A model generated the notes under the pieces. It saw only the letters and a program-made list of their open reading frames with translations, was not told the DNA's origin and made no database searches. From assembly GCA_030704615.1 (NCBI GenBank), contig CM060731.1, positions 15,872,001 to 15,936,000 of the forward strand: DNA of 64,000 nucleotides, given 5' to 3'. Below, piece after piece: positions 11,827-26,090 of this stretch (within the stretch, counting starts at the first letter, position 1; every line of letters starts with the position of its first letter). Position numbers and translations under genes: made by a program. Source of the DNA: Takakia lepidozioides (lineage: Eukaryota > Plantae > Bryophyta).

Positions 11827-14800
11827 ATGGCAGGGGTAACAAGCCAACAGAGCTTTCGAAAGGCACTAGGTGCGATCAAGGATACGACCACCGTTTCCCT
11901 TGCCAAGGTTAACAGCGATTACAAGGTGAGTCCCCTGGCGGATTGTTGATCCTTCAGATATGCGTCTTGTCTAAGAATTTGGAACTCTACTAGATCTCTA
12001 CCGCTGCCCCTGCGTTCTTTACTTGCTCTGAAGAAGCACAATCCAGGGGCAAAATGTGCTTCTGAGTTTCAGCGGCAATGTCGATTTGGGGATGTACTTC
12101 AGATAGGCAAATGGATGTAACCCTTTTTCTGGTCCGCACTTTCCCGAACCGCCTCGAACTTGGAACTCTTGGTTTTCAGCATGACCTGAGCTGCTTGAAT
12201 TTGAGCGTAGTGTGACGGTTCAAGTTGAGAGACCATGCGGATAGACAAATCTAGAGAGCCTGACCTATGGGCAAGTGATCGGTCTTACCAATGTGTAGAT
12301 CTGAAAGAAGTTGTATTGTATTACTTAGAAGCAGATTATGAAGTAGGACGCCTAGGTTAAAGTCTCGGCACTAGCTGGTGGCTCAGCCCTGCACATCCTA
12401 CAGGAATGCTCCGACAGCAGGGCTGCCAGGTGCGTGTAACGGTAGTCGTTTCAGCATGCCATCCGGAATTGTGGGAATGGATGTTGTATTTTTAAGAGAT
12501 TGAACTATTATGACTTCGAGCTTGGCAGGACCTTGACATTGCAGTGGTGAAAGCTACAAACCATGTAGAATGTGCCCCAAAGGAGAAGCATGTTCGAAGT
12601 AAGTCCTGATCCCACTGGTTTTATTATGTGGTAGGTCATTGTGGACAGTTGTCTATCCAATTTGAGTAGCTTAGATCTTAGTGATATCATTGTTGGAGGT
12701 TAGTTTGTGAAGGATTGTGTTTTGGTTGGTGGTGGTATGGCAGCCATCTTTGCAGCAACATCAGCATCAAGGCCTCGAGCAGATGTGGCATATTGCATAC
12801 ATGCCCTGGCCAGACGAATCGCAAAAACTCATAATTGGACGGTAATCATTTTCTTGTTTTTGACAAAAGCTGGAGCACCATACTAAGTGTTGGATCTTGG
12901 AGAAAGCACATAGAAGTTGTTTGGGTCAAGTCTCCTTGCATCCTGGGACTGTGATGCAGATATACCCTATTGAAAGTTTACTGTGAATGAGGAGGCATCT
13001 GACAGGCTAGGTTTTTTTGTGCAGTCTGCCCTAAGATGGCAGACGTGGATTGGACAAAGAGACCAATGTTGGCTCAGTTCCTTTATAGTAGCTGTGAAGC
13101 CCTAGCAATGGCTATCTCTGTCTGAGGGCATATTCTGGTCATATAATTAGTGGTAGATGGAGCTTTGAGATGAGATTGGGAAGGCAAAGATTGTGGATTC
13201 AATGATTTTGGGTCGTCATCTATGCAGCAGTAACCTTGAAACTGGAAGAATGCATCAGCTTTGTGCACCTAGCACGGTGTTCTCAGTTGTCTCAGAGGCT
13301 TTCGAGATTATTTCGTGGACTGGATGCCCTTACATGCTTTTGAACAGGTTGCATTAAAGTCAATGATGGTGATTCATCGAACTCTGAGGGAAGGAGACCC
13401 AACATTTCGAGAAGAGCTCATCAACTACTCTCGCAACAGGGGTTACATCCTAAATCTTTCCAACTTCAAGGATGACTCGAGTCCCAATGGTAAACAATAC
13501 GGGATAAGTATTTGTTCTCCCAAAATCCATAATGCTTTGTCTTGTGAAGCTTTGCCTTGTTACTGTAGCCCTAACTTGGCTACAGCACTATTTCGAAGTG
13601 CTGATTCAGAGTTTACTGTGTCTGTACAAGCTACATTGCCCGATTCTGCAAGGGTGTGATTTGTGGCAAGGCTAGGTTTCCTTGTGTGTAGGGAGTTTTG
13701 AGACAACAAGGATCCTGCTGGCAGTCGCCGCAGGGAAAGATGTGGATCACAGGGAAAATGCGCTAGTTACAAATAGATCTCTGCCAAAAATAAAGCTTGG
13801 GCACATTTCTTTTGGCACGGAAAGAACAAATAGAGTTCATACTCTTATTATGAGATCAATGCTCTACTTTCTGAACCAGTTGGCTTGGCGGCAATGAACA
13901 CTGGCTAGTAGATTGTCTCACAGTCAGTTTACAGTATATAACTTGGGTGTTGGCCTGAATGTAGCTTGGGACTACTCGGCATGGGTGCGGACATATGCCC
14001 TGTATTTGGAAGAGCGGCTTGAATGCTTTCGTGTGCTTAAGTATGACGTGGAGTCAGAGCGTGCAACGGTGAGGCTGTGCCCTGACAATATTGATTTGTA
14101 ATTTCCTGTAGCGGCTGAATCCTGAACCTGGAATGCCAACAAATCGCTGTCATCTCCAACAAATCATTTGCACCTTAGAACGCCTTTGGTCTACTTTGTA
14201 GAGGATGACAGGCAGCTAAACACTCAAATTGTGATCTCATTCACTCAACCAATTTTCCAGCATGATATATGTCTGCTACTCCCTGTACACTAGATTCCGA
14301 TCGCATGTTTGCAACAGGGAAGTGAACCTGGCGATATTCGAGGTCACAATCTATTAGACATGCAGATAAGATTGCAGATCTCACCAGATCTGTGCCGAGC
14401 CCCTGACCGGGCGAAAGTGCTTTACATGTGTTATGTCATCCAATCCCGCGCCTAACGTGCTCCAAAAGATGCCATACAATAATAGTAGGCGATCATTCAC
14501 CCAAGAAGTACTTCATACTCCCCGCTCTTCCTACCCTAAGTTAGGAGAATCATCTCGAATTTACGTGGGAGATGTGGGCATTGCTGCAGAATATCGTGAG
14601 CCCTTTTGAATAGAAACATGCACATTTAGGTCTCTTTATGTGCCATGGAACTGAGGTGTTTCTTGCTGTGGGCTACCCTATTATCTCTGGTGACAAGTAT
14701 CTGCCTGTTGAGCTGAGAGGGCAGTTGTGGTTGGCAGGGGCATAGTAGGACAAGGGAGTTGGACACACTGGATTTGTTGGAGCAGTTGCCTGCCTTGCAA

Positions 14801-17800
14801 CAGCTTTTGTTCCGCCTCATGGGTTGCCAGGTAGGTCACCATGGAAATTCAGTGGGAAAGCGTTTGGAAGTAATTGATCTGTTTGATTCTTTCTCCAAAG
14901 ATATGATTTCTATGCTCTCTGGGATCAGCTTCAAACTTGAATTTTCGCACAGGGTGAGGCTCTTTTTAGACCTCAATTGGATCCTGGGTGGGTTGGATGA
15001 GAACGTAAATTGGAGTGTGGTGTTCTTCTTTGACTCTTAGCTGAAGCCATTGACATTAGATGTTGTCTTCCCCAGCCTGAAGGAGCAGCTATCAGCAATT
15101 ATGTTGTTCAGGCTGCATTGGGTTTGGTATGTATATCTCTATTCATCTACTCCTGGGGGTCATTTTCCTGTACTTGCTGGAGTCTGACACTTGTCCTGTG
15201 AACTGCTAATTTTTTGGTTATGACGTGGAAACCTTAAGAGGCTAAAGGATTTTAGTAATGTTCCACTGTGTACAGGTTTTAAAGGAGAGCTTCAAGCTGT
15301 ACCGTGCAATAAATGATGGCATTATCAACTTGGTGGATAAGGTGGGTAGTGCAATTTCTGAAGGATAGTTTTCCCTCCTTTCATGAATCTGATCTTTTGA
15401 ATATGGAAGCTCTTGCACTATGCAAGATGCATCTCTAAATGGGGTTGTGTTTGCAGTTTTTTGAAATGCAGCGCCATGATGCTATAAAGGCACTCGACAT
15501 TTATAAACAAGCTGGGAAACAGGTAGGACCTGTCTGTCTTCTTTTTAGTTGCAATGCAACCAGCACTTTCTGATTCAACCTGTTTACAGTGACCCTCTAA
15601 CTATTCAAGTTGTGACATTGGGGATCTCTCGCTTTGAAGTGATAATTTTTCACTGCCACTTCCTGTAAAATCCAGCACATGTGCTAAGCTCTGTAGAATT
15701 GTGGTTGGTGGTCCCCAAGGCTTTGCTGCCACGACTGCTTTGTATGATTACGGTTGATCTGGTGCAATGGAATGCTACCTTTCGATTTATTTAATTTTCA
15801 CACGCAGTGCTTCAGAATGATATGGAATACACAAGTATCTCGGGTTGTAGCGGGTAGGACTTAGGACGTGTTGACTTTGTGTGAGCTTTCTTGTTGTTGA
15901 TTACTGGTGATCTTAACTTCCCGTGCCACTGGCAGGCTGAAAGACTGTCGGAGTTCTATGAGGTGTGCAAGGGACTAGACCTTGCTCGCAGCTTCCAGTT
16001 TCCTACTCTTGAGCAGGTGTGGATAACTGTCCCTTCTGACATAAGTATCATTATGTTTCTTTGGAAGCTAGCTGCAGATACTGGCAGGAACAACACGAAA
16101 TCCCTCCATCTGCTCCTGTGGGATGCAGAGATCTTAGGTTTCTCAGGTTTTGTTTCTCAAGTCAAGTGCCTTCACTGCTCTGTCACCATAAGCATCACAG
16201 TTTTGCCAGAGGTACTGTCTTGTGCAGGAAGTCATCAAAGACAGTGTGTGGATGCTTTTAATCACTAGTTGCCACTGTAGGAAATGAGTTACAGGCCTTC
16301 AATGTGGAGTGTTGTATGCTGCTGTGAATCAGCAAGTTTTATACGGTGCTTACCTTTTGATGTTTTCTGCCTATTTTGATACAGCCCCCACAGTCATTCC
16401 TCGCCACCATGGAAGAGTATGTGAGAGATGCCCCACGCTCAGCTCCAGCCATCAAGGCTGTCGGGGTAAGGGATCCAAATTGAACGTTTGGATGTTTTAG
16501 GAAGTAATGCAGTTGATTCAGGGGTTGAATCAAAGTTCCTTGTTGGTCTTGATTTTGAGTGGAAGGTTTGTATTCATTGGTTTCTTTAGAACTGTCTGTT
16601 TCCACCGTTATTTGGAGGTTCTGAAAACCTCACCATGTCGCAAATGTGGTGGACCAGGAGTATGAGGATCGGGGCCCACCTCGCATTCGCGCAGCTGCAG
16701 TGCCTGATTATAAGGAGGAAGTGGAGGATCAAGATGCTTCGCCCCGTGCAGAGCCTGAGCCTATGCCTAAAGAGATTCCTCCTCCAGCTCCAGCATTTGA
16801 ACCGGGTGACCTTCTGGTGGGTGCTTTTATGCCCAGATAACTGCCATTTTGCCCTTTTGAGTGAGCCCTCAGCAGAAGTTGTGCTCTTTCTGACTCTTCC
16901 CTGTCCTCCTGTCCTCTGCCTGTGGTATAGTTTACCATCGTAACCAAAGTTGGCAAAGAAAAAGTATTCAAGCATTGAGGGCCCGCTCCTCTTTCAGCAT
17001 AGGGGGCTGAAGGCTAGATTCTAGAGACTGCTTGCCTGGTCCGGAGGTGATCCCCTGGGGTGCTTTGTTATTGGCAAAATCTGTAAGGGAAGGCAATCTG
17101 ATATGTGTAGCAGTTGAAGCCACATTTTTGACTCCCGGGCTGTGCTCCCTGCAACTGGTCAACCATTTGCTTTTCCCGAGTATGTGTGAACCTCTCAGTT
17201 ATTTTGCATGTACAAAGACCCACTTTTGCATTATGTGTAACTGGCGCAATTTTTGTTTTGAGAGTTTCAGGGCTTGGATGATGTGAAGCCAGATGGCTCA
17301 GCAATTGAGGAAAGCAATGCATTGGCACTGGCTATTATCCCGCAGAGTGAGCTTACTTGCCTTTTTTGCCGGAGTGATTTGCTACAGCAGTGCTTATCAA
17401 ACTGCTTGCATGTCATAGAAGGCAAGAGTACTTTTGTACGACAAGAAATTCCTCCTTTGACACTTACATGGGCTTTGGTGTAAGGTTCTGCCCTGCTGCT
17501 GCCAAGCCTCTCACAGCAGTAGCTAAGGGAAAGCACCTGGGCAAGTAGCGAAGTTGTGCTATTGAGTGTGAAGTTTACAGGTGCATCTTTAGATTTTTCA
17601 ATATGCTTGATCTGGTCAACCAAATGGACCTACGAAATCTGCAGGGTATGCTAACTTTGGCAACAAGTGTATTTGGTTTCTAACAGTGTCATGAAATAAT
17701 TGAACAGGCTCAAATGGCAATGGAGCTGCACATGATGCAAATGGTAGCCTGGACCTGTCCCCTGGGGCAACCGGTTGGGAACTTGCTTTGGTCACAAATC

Positions 17801-18532
17801 CGAGTAGTAATGGTAGTGCTGCTAACAAAAGCAAATTGGTAAGTTTCTCTCTGTTGTCCTTGGAATTTCTGAAGTGGGTACCCGTCGTAGCTTGAGGTGT
17901 GGAAGAGAGGGCCATGGGCAGGTAGTTTCTGAAGACTGATTGGAAGAAACAGTTTTAAAGGGCACCCTCCAATGATTTCTGACTTCTATCTCCTTTCTGT
18001 GATAGAGTTCGTAGTCATGGAGGAGTGGTTGTGGTGCATATGCTCCTTTATATGTGCCAGTATCCTAAGGTTTTGTATGACCCCATCTGTGCAGGCGGGT
18101 GGACTGGATAAGCTGACATTGGATAGCTTATATGAGGATGCATTGACAAGACGTGGTCCCAATGGAACAGCCCCAAACAGCTACAATCTTGGCACTGTAG
18201 CGCCCAACCCCTTTGAAGTGGGTCCAGGGATGGCATCTGTACAACACATGGATCCTTTTATGGCATCAGGCCAGTTTGCACCTCCGGCCAACGTGCAAAT
18301 GGCCATGATGCAGCAACAGCAAGCCATGCTGATGCAGCAGCAGCGTATGATGGGGGTGCCTCCTGGTGGTCCCAATCCTTTCGGCAATCCATATGCGGCA
18401 GCTGCTGCTGCTCAATATCCATATCCCCCACAGGTGTCCCCTATCATGCAACCCATTCCAGGCCAATTGGCATTGCCTGCGCCCCCTCCCCAATTTCAGC
18501 ACAATCCTTTTGGGAACCCTGGGTTGCTGTGA
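11827..18532 (+). CDS. ANTH-domain clathrin assembly protein (AP180/PICALM family), ~15 coding exons
   Basis: Exon 1 (11827-11925) encodes [33 protein letters not shown]. Later GT-AG exons encode [76 protein letters not shown] and ATGWELALV. The last exon has [15 protein letters not shown] and several NPF motifs, ending at TGA 18532. Confidence 0.93.
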
Positions 18533-19953
18533 TGCTGTGGATTGGCCTATTCATCTTCATGTTATCTCTTGGTGCTGAATATTTAGCTAGGTCCAGGGTG
18601 CCACTACCATGATGATCCCACTGTTGTACACTACATTACACGTAGTGTTTCATCATTGGGCACCTGCAATCTTGACATAGCTGCACTAGCCCCAAGGTGT
18701 AAGTTAGGGTGTTTTGGGGCAGCATGGTATTTCAGGTGCTTCCTATGCGTTTCTAATACTTTGGCATACCCCTCAAGAATTGGGAGTGAGTGCAGGGGTT
18801 CAGCATTTGCTTTTGTTAAGGCCAAGCAGAGAATGCTTGTCGAAGCCAGTCTAGGTTAGTCTTCTAGAAGATGGACTGTTGATGGCTGAATATTGTCCTT
18901 AGCTCCTGCTTTTTCTGGCACTACGCTTTGAGAGAGATTTGTATTATAATTTATCTCTATTTATTTAACAATCACATGATTGTTGATGAGCATCAGATTT
19001 TGAATACAGTATACAAAGGGAGCAGATGTTGTGAAGGTGCACTGTCCTGCATTAGGACTCGCAGCCCTGTCAGGAGGTGCTTGGTTTTGGTGTTTTCTTG
19101 GAGCCCTGGATTCTCCTTCTTTCCTTCACCACAAATAGCTCTGTAAATTGGCCGACGTTCAATCAAACCTCAACTTTTCATCTTCACAACAAATGGCATA
19201 CACAAACCTTTTTCAGTTGAACCCCTCCTCTTCGTGGGCAAGGATTTTGCAAATAGATATGAACTTGGGAATCAATATGAAGAGGAAAAGCTTCCCTCAC
19301 GAAGTCAGCACACACTTGTCGCTTGCAGCTCTGCTGTTGTCTGCCTTCTTGTTCGTAGAGTGTTCATAGAGCATCAATCCACACCAAAGTTAGGGTTGCT
19401 TAACGAGTATCCTCGCGATATACTGCTCAAAGGAAAGCCTAGATGCGTGAAAAGATGCTTTGTACAGTTTCCAAGTCGATTTCTTGTCGATAGCGTTCTT
19501 CCTGTTGCGTGGGAACCGAACTTTGACGGAAGCAAAATTCGCCAAGTGGCATCTGCACGTATGTAAGACATTCACGTGCCCTGATCAAATTGGTTGTCTT
19601 TGCTGGAGAACTGTTAGGCCCACTTCTCGAGGAATAGCAATCACTATTCTCTTCGTGTACCTTCAGTCAATCCTTCTGAGCTAAACTTAAACAGTGGAGT
19701 TAAGACACACGGCGAGGTTGATGGGATGGCGGACTAGTTGCAAGCCGGGCAGCTGGCAGAGAGATGAAGTGAGCTGGTGATTTTCCGGTTGCATTTGGGT
19801 ACGGAGGAGCTGCATCCGATTTCTGCGCATCTCTTTCTTCTTCTTCCAATTTGAGGAATTCTGGAAAATCTGAACCGAGTGGGCGCCCTTGTTGTTATTT
19901 GCAATTTTTTTCCCCCGGGGGAAGCATCCGGTTAGGTGCACCTATGAAGCAAA

Positions 19954-22900
19954 ATGAGGGCAGCAGCACGCGCGCTTCGCGCGTCAGGTCTACACAGAGA
20001 AGGATTGCGGCTTTTGTTGTCACCCATCGTCTGCGAAGGGGTGGATTCTGCTGGAGCAGCTACAGCAGCACGGTGCTGGACGAATGAAGGTTTTCATATT
20101 CATGTAGATCTCCTCACCAACACAAGGCCGGATATTTTTGCGCTCTCGAGAAGCGTATCTTCTTTCACTGCTGGCTCACACGATGGTCAGTGTCGGTCTC
20201 TGTTTTGCGAGGGGATCTTCATGCCAGCATTTGTTTTTGTCTTCTCGTTTGGTCTAAAGTATGCAAAAGATTTTGTAATCAATTTGTTCCTAGGATATTC
20301 CACTCGTGGAGGGCTGAGGGATTACTCTTGCTTCGTCCAGATCGCGTCAGATTCGAACTTAATGTGAGCCCAGAGTTCACTAGGCTCATTGAATTATGGA
20401 TTTGAACTACAATACCATCAAATAGATGTTAGCATTTAGCACTGTCATTTCCCGAGGATAGATTAGTAAAGTTTGATCCAGTTGGATTTCTCTGTGTGCA
20501 TGAAGAACAGGTGTTGTGAACAGTGTATAGAGCAGATTAAGGCGAATTTTCCTGACCGTGTGTTTGTGTGTGTATGTGTTTGTGGTATTGTAGATAGAGA
20601 TGTAGCTGCGACAGGTAGTTGGCAGCTGTACACATCAGGTCCTATAGCCGAGTATGAGCGCCGTATTGCGGCTGGGGACCTTATGCCGGGGGACAGATTT
20701 CAGGTCGGTTCCCTTGTCTTGGGGTTGGGACTGAAGGGAGACATCTGTGAGAGATGGGCAGGCTTACACTGGTCTCTGGGCACAATGGATGGGCATTTTG
20801 AAAACCTCATGTCAGGTTTGGGGACGTTATGATGGAACAGAAACACTCACAGGGGACATTGTTCCATGTGTGATTGTCGTCAGAAATGAATATTGTTGCT
20901 TCAAGTCATTGACTATCCTAAGATTGACCAGGATGTAAGATCTTTGGAATATGGAGACATGGATGATATGCTTAAGTGGATATGTGGAGAACATATCAGT
21001 GTTTTCTGTTGAAGCCAATGCATTGACTGATGATGAAAGTTTGTGGTGTAGGATGAGGCATTGAGAGCACTGCAAGCGTTATATGATGTACTTCTGAGTA
21101 CGGCGGCCAACACTGGACTCGAAAGGGCTTCCCATTCAAATTCTGTGGCCCACAGTAGGAGGTATAGTGCACAGCTTTTCAACCCAAGGATTTGACGGAT
21201 TAGCTACACAACTGATTCATCTAGAATTTCTGTTGAGGCGTTTTGTTACCTGTCCATGAGCAGAAGTGGCGGAGAGGAACTTGCAGCAAATCCTCCTATG
21301 GTTGTGATGGAGACCTTCAGCACCTGTCATCTGCCTTTAGCCCTTGTTTTGTGATAGTTCACGATGGAAGCCTTGTTCAGCAATTAACCATGTGTATGGT
21401 CTGCCATTTGGATGTTCTTGGATCGTTTGTGGAGCCTCAATGCTGCCTTCTGTCAAATGTAGTGAATTGGACTTGCTTTGAGAATGGACAAGCAATGTAG
21501 GACTCCAAGATGGGAATATAAATGGTGTTATACATTGAATAGATTTGTTAGGTCTTCACAATTCCCTTATTCATGGCAAAAATAAAGTCTTCTGAGTTCC
21601 TCTTGGAGACTCGCAGTGATTATTATGGCCTCCAGGTCAGCTGGCCGAATTGTGGGACAAAAATACTTTCTACTCAGTTTTGTCTAACTTACTAGAGTTT
21701 TGTGAAAATCTTCCCTCACACTTGACCTTTTCATGGCTGTTGGTGGAAGTTTCAGTTCATATATTCTCAGGATTCAAGAGCCATGACTTTCCTACCATAC
21801 AGTATCTGAGTAATTTTTCTATTGCTGCTTTTGACATGCAAATAGTTGAAGAGATCTTATTGCACAAGGTGCATGAATATTTGGTCCTCTGGTTAGTTGG
21901 GGTGGCATTTTGAAAAAAAAGGGCGTGGAGTGCAGGGGAGGGAGTTGGCTATGGGCACGCTTGATGCCCAGACCTTCACCACCACCAGTGCGTGGTCTGT
22001 ATTTGTATGGTGGTGTAGGCACTGGCAAGACCATGCTCATGGACCTGTTTTATGATGAGCTGTAAGCTCTCTCTCCCACACTCCACCCTTTCTCCCATTT
22101 ATATGCTGTTTGGTGAAGTCATGCTGTGGTCAAATCTGAAGGGGACCAATCTACCAATGCTAATGTCATTGATGGAGACACATGGCCCCATTGCTTTGGC
22201 CGGTGAAGTTCAGTTGTGCATCTCTCTTGACTGTGCCTAACCCTCTCTGCCTTCGCCATGTGTGTGCTTGTTGTGTGGAGAAGTGACAAATCGTACTTTG
22301 TGTGTTCACAGTGTCTTCCTCTTTGTTAATTGGGCAGACAGGGTTTGAGTGGCTCCTTTCTTTTGCTTGTTGCAAACTTCATTCAAAAAAATAAACCAGA
22401 GGAAAGAGGGATGCTGAGGGTCTCTGTCAAATGTTTCTGCAAGCGTGAGACATGATTTGGATACTGGGTGGTTGGTTTGTTCAGATCACGTTTTTGACAT
22501 AGTGTGTGGTTTGCTTCTTGAATGATCCATGGCAGTCCCGACACATGGAGGAAGAGAAGGATTCACTTTCATGATTTCATGTTGAGTATACATAGTCGTT
22601 TGCAAGTAAGTTCTCATGTGCACATGAGGTGGGTCTTTCTTGCTTGGAGGGTATGAGGAAAACACTTGATTTTACTGGTATGGCTAGTGCCAATGGAATT
22701 CACTCGGTACAGTATGTATAGAGGGCTAAAAAGATTGTTGTGAAGCTCAGTATGTAACATCTGGCTATGGAATTTGATTTCTGGCTCCATCACCGATAAT
22801 CTTTATGTTGACATTTGGGGAAGCAAGATGCTAAGTTTCCATATTACCCTCGATAGTAGTTGATTTAAGATTTGGATGGCTCACCTTTGTTCTTGGGAAT

Positions 22901-25900
22901 CAACGTAGATAAGGAGGCCTTTGAACTTCGCCAATCACAAGTTATGTTGTATACAGAGGTGTGGGGCCAGTCTGAAAGCACCTAGTGATCAGCAACATGC
23001 CTCGGCTATATGCTCTGAGCACCTTTTCTACACTGTGGAGTGTTGGATGCTTTTTCATTCATGAAGTCATGTGTTCATAGGGAATTTGCCAGTTAAGGCT
23101 AGACATATTATTCACTCCTTATCCAATAGGGTGATATTTCTAACTCCTTAACAGTAGTCAGTGTCACCTCTTTAAATAATCTGCTAAGTTGGTCACACTT
23201 CTGTATGTAGAAGTCTGTCTCTGAGGACATTGCTGAACATCAGTACATCAGTTGACGTAAATTCATCTGTGACTACAGAAGAGCAAGGGCATGACAGATC
23301 CCTTAGAGTTCGTTGCTGAGGAGATAGCAAATGAAGCTGTACTGCTTTGTATTGACGAGTTCATGGTAAGCAATGTCAATTAAGCCAGAGCTAAGACTTG
23401 TCCTTGACTGTCCTCCTTCAAAGAGAAGGCAGTAGCCATCCAGGGTCAAGAAAAACGTCTTTGTCCTTGAAAATGCGTTATTTAGGTGCCCAATTTTCAC
23501 TCTGAGGCTGAACTTCAACATGTGCTTGAAAGATAGCCAGCCATACACCGATAAGGGATCTGTGGATTTTGGAGAAGAGAGGAGCCTTGGATGACTGGTC
23601 CTCATTGGACTGCCCAGATCCCATCAGTGTATGGCAAGTTGTATTCGCATCAGATCTCACCTGAAGAGCCCTATCTATCCTCCTGACTGTTAATTTCTTA
23701 TTGGTCCTTGATCAGCTTTCAGCCTCTCTCATTGCAAGAAGATCCAGCAGTATGTGAAAAGTGTATGAAGTATTGACTTGTGCAGCTCTTCAAAAGTTGA
23801 CCTGGGCAGGTATATCGCAATTGCTTTCAGTCTCCTAAGCTCTATGTGTATGGGCAGGTCACTGATGTTGCTGACGCTTTAATTTTGAACCGACTCTTTG
23901 ACCATCTTTTCACACAAGGGATTGTGCGTATTTTTAATCCATGAACCTTTAAAAGACGTTTGTTGCATCATCAATTGTACTCATGCTTAACTTCGAATTT
24001 CATGCTGATTGACTGAGATATGACAAGCTTTTCATGGTGATTGCTGGCATTGGCTTTTTGTTTTTACTCTCTTCAATCTTACATGTGTCTCTCCTAGTTA
24101 ATTTTGTGGGAATTGTTCACAAAACATTTGTATCTGGTTGGAAGTAGAAAAGGATTCAATGTCTGCTTGCTCACAAAGTGAATCCATTTGGTGGCAGATT
24201 TTGGTAACAACATCAAATAGGGCACCTGATCAACTTTATGAAGGTGGCCTGCAGAGGGATCTATTTCTGCCCTTCATTGCTTCGTTGAAAGTACTACAAC
24301 GTGATATCAGTACACCTTCTTCTCTGTTGTGACACAGCAAGGAATGCTGCCTTATATGTGTGTTGTGTTTGTCTCGTTTGTTGTCAAGCATATAACTTCA
24401 GTGCTTTCATTTCTCAGAGAGAGACCTTATGCTTCTACAGAGTTACTTTTGCTAAACAGGAGAAACTTGAAGTGTGGCATCCTTTCAGTGGGTTCTCACA
24501 GTGTTCTTTTGGTGGGTGGGGTCAGGCGCGGTGTGTGATCCATGAGATAGGCTCAGCCACCGATTATCGCAAGTTGACTGCTGTAAGCCATTTGAACCTC
24601 TAGAAAAACTTTGTAATGTTGTTCAGAATGTGAATTTGCTCAATGGACATCTCTGTGTGAGGATGGAGGAATTTGTTTCACAATTATGATGGTTGATTTG
24701 TAAACAACAAGTCATTAATAACGAAGTGTACTTGCTCCAGGCTGAACGCGGGCTATATTTCACGGGGCCTGGGGCTTCCGACTTATTACAGGAGAAGTTT
24801 CGGGTGCTGACAGAGGGTGAGGTGGAACAGCCCATCACTGTGGAAGTGGTTATGGGTCGAAAATTACAGGTCTGTCTTTTGGAGTTTTGGTACTTTTGAT
24901 CTTTGTCTTGTATTGGTCTGGCTTTCCTGCCTAGCGCAGCATGGATTCAGGTAGTTGAAATATTTGGTGTATTTGATGCAGGTCCCCCTGGCAGCTGCAG
25001 GCTGTGCGTTGTTTCAATTTCACGAGTTGTGTGAGATGCCACTGGGTGCTGCCGACTACATTGGACTTTTCCGTACGGTTATCCTGTCTACATGTTGAAA
25101 GCGATGTGTATATTGCAGCACATCTTTTTTTGGTTTCCTGGAGGCAGACTTCTCAGTTCTGGAGGGTGTGCAATTTAACTAGTGGGGCCAACTGTACATT
25201 GACTAGGGGAACTCCTTAACCAAAGCATTCAATATCCACTTCTAGCTTGGCCTCACGCAGTCAGTAAATTGTAGAAGTCAGTTCAAGGCTGATGTACGTT
25301 ACATTGTGTTGTCAAAGCAGAACGGTTTCACACACTGGCATTGGATGGCGTTCCCGTGTTTGGTTCTCATAATCGTGCGTCAGCTTATCGCTTCGTAACT
25401 TTGGTTGATGTAAGTAGCTTTTTTTCTGTCCCAAGACTGTGTCATGGGGATTATTTTGCAGAGGTAGTGCTGTGTGTTGCAGCCCTATGACGCCAGATGC
25501 CATAGCACACATACAAGTATTTATGAGATGTTGTAGATCGTGTCTCTCTGTTGAGAACAGGCCTAGTTTTTGAGACAGTTTGTGTAGAGGGTAGGTTGAT
25601 TGTTGGTGTGCGAGGTTGTTGTGGCAGGTGATGTATGAGCACAAGGCCCGCTTTCTGTGCTCCGCAGAAGCATCCCCAGTGGAGCTATTTGAACGAGTGG
25701 TGACTATTGCAGATGCTCCACGAAGAAGTGCCTCTCGCTCTAGTCGAAGTGAGGAAGCAGATCTGCTTGTGGACAATGAACTGGGCTTTGCCAAAGAGCG
25801 CACCATTAGCAGGTTATCCTCCAGCCCCTTTATGCTCCTTTTGTCAAGCTCAAAATTCCTGGGGTTTCACATCTGTCTTGGGTATTCTTGAATGCGTAAG

Positions 25901-26090
25901 TGGATTTTGTGTGCAGCCAATTAACGTGAAAAACTCATAACTAGCAGTATGGCTGATGGGAGGATACCTTGATATGGTGGCTGCTTGTCTAACCTTCTCA
26001 TACATTGGATACAGATTAATGGAAATGCATAGCACAGATTACCTGGAAGAACATGCGGCAACCCTTATGAGAAACATACCCCAGCAATAA
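19954..26090 (+). CDS. AFG1: AFG1/LACE1/ZapE-family AAA+ ATPase, probably mitochondrial, ~14 exons
   Basis: Arg-rich N-terminal targeting-like peptide. Walker A GLYLYGGVGTGKTMLMDLF (~21995-22050), RIHFHDFML, Walker B LLCIDEFMVTDVADA, TSNRAPDQLYEGGLQRDLFLPFI, GFAKERTISRLMEM. All splice junctions read were GT-AG. Stop TAA ends at 26090. Confidence 0.92.

Noticed and set aside
14260-14620. CpG-richer segment in an ANTH intron as a snoRNA or insertion
   Set aside because: No convincing C/D or H/ACA boxes, TIRs or TSD.
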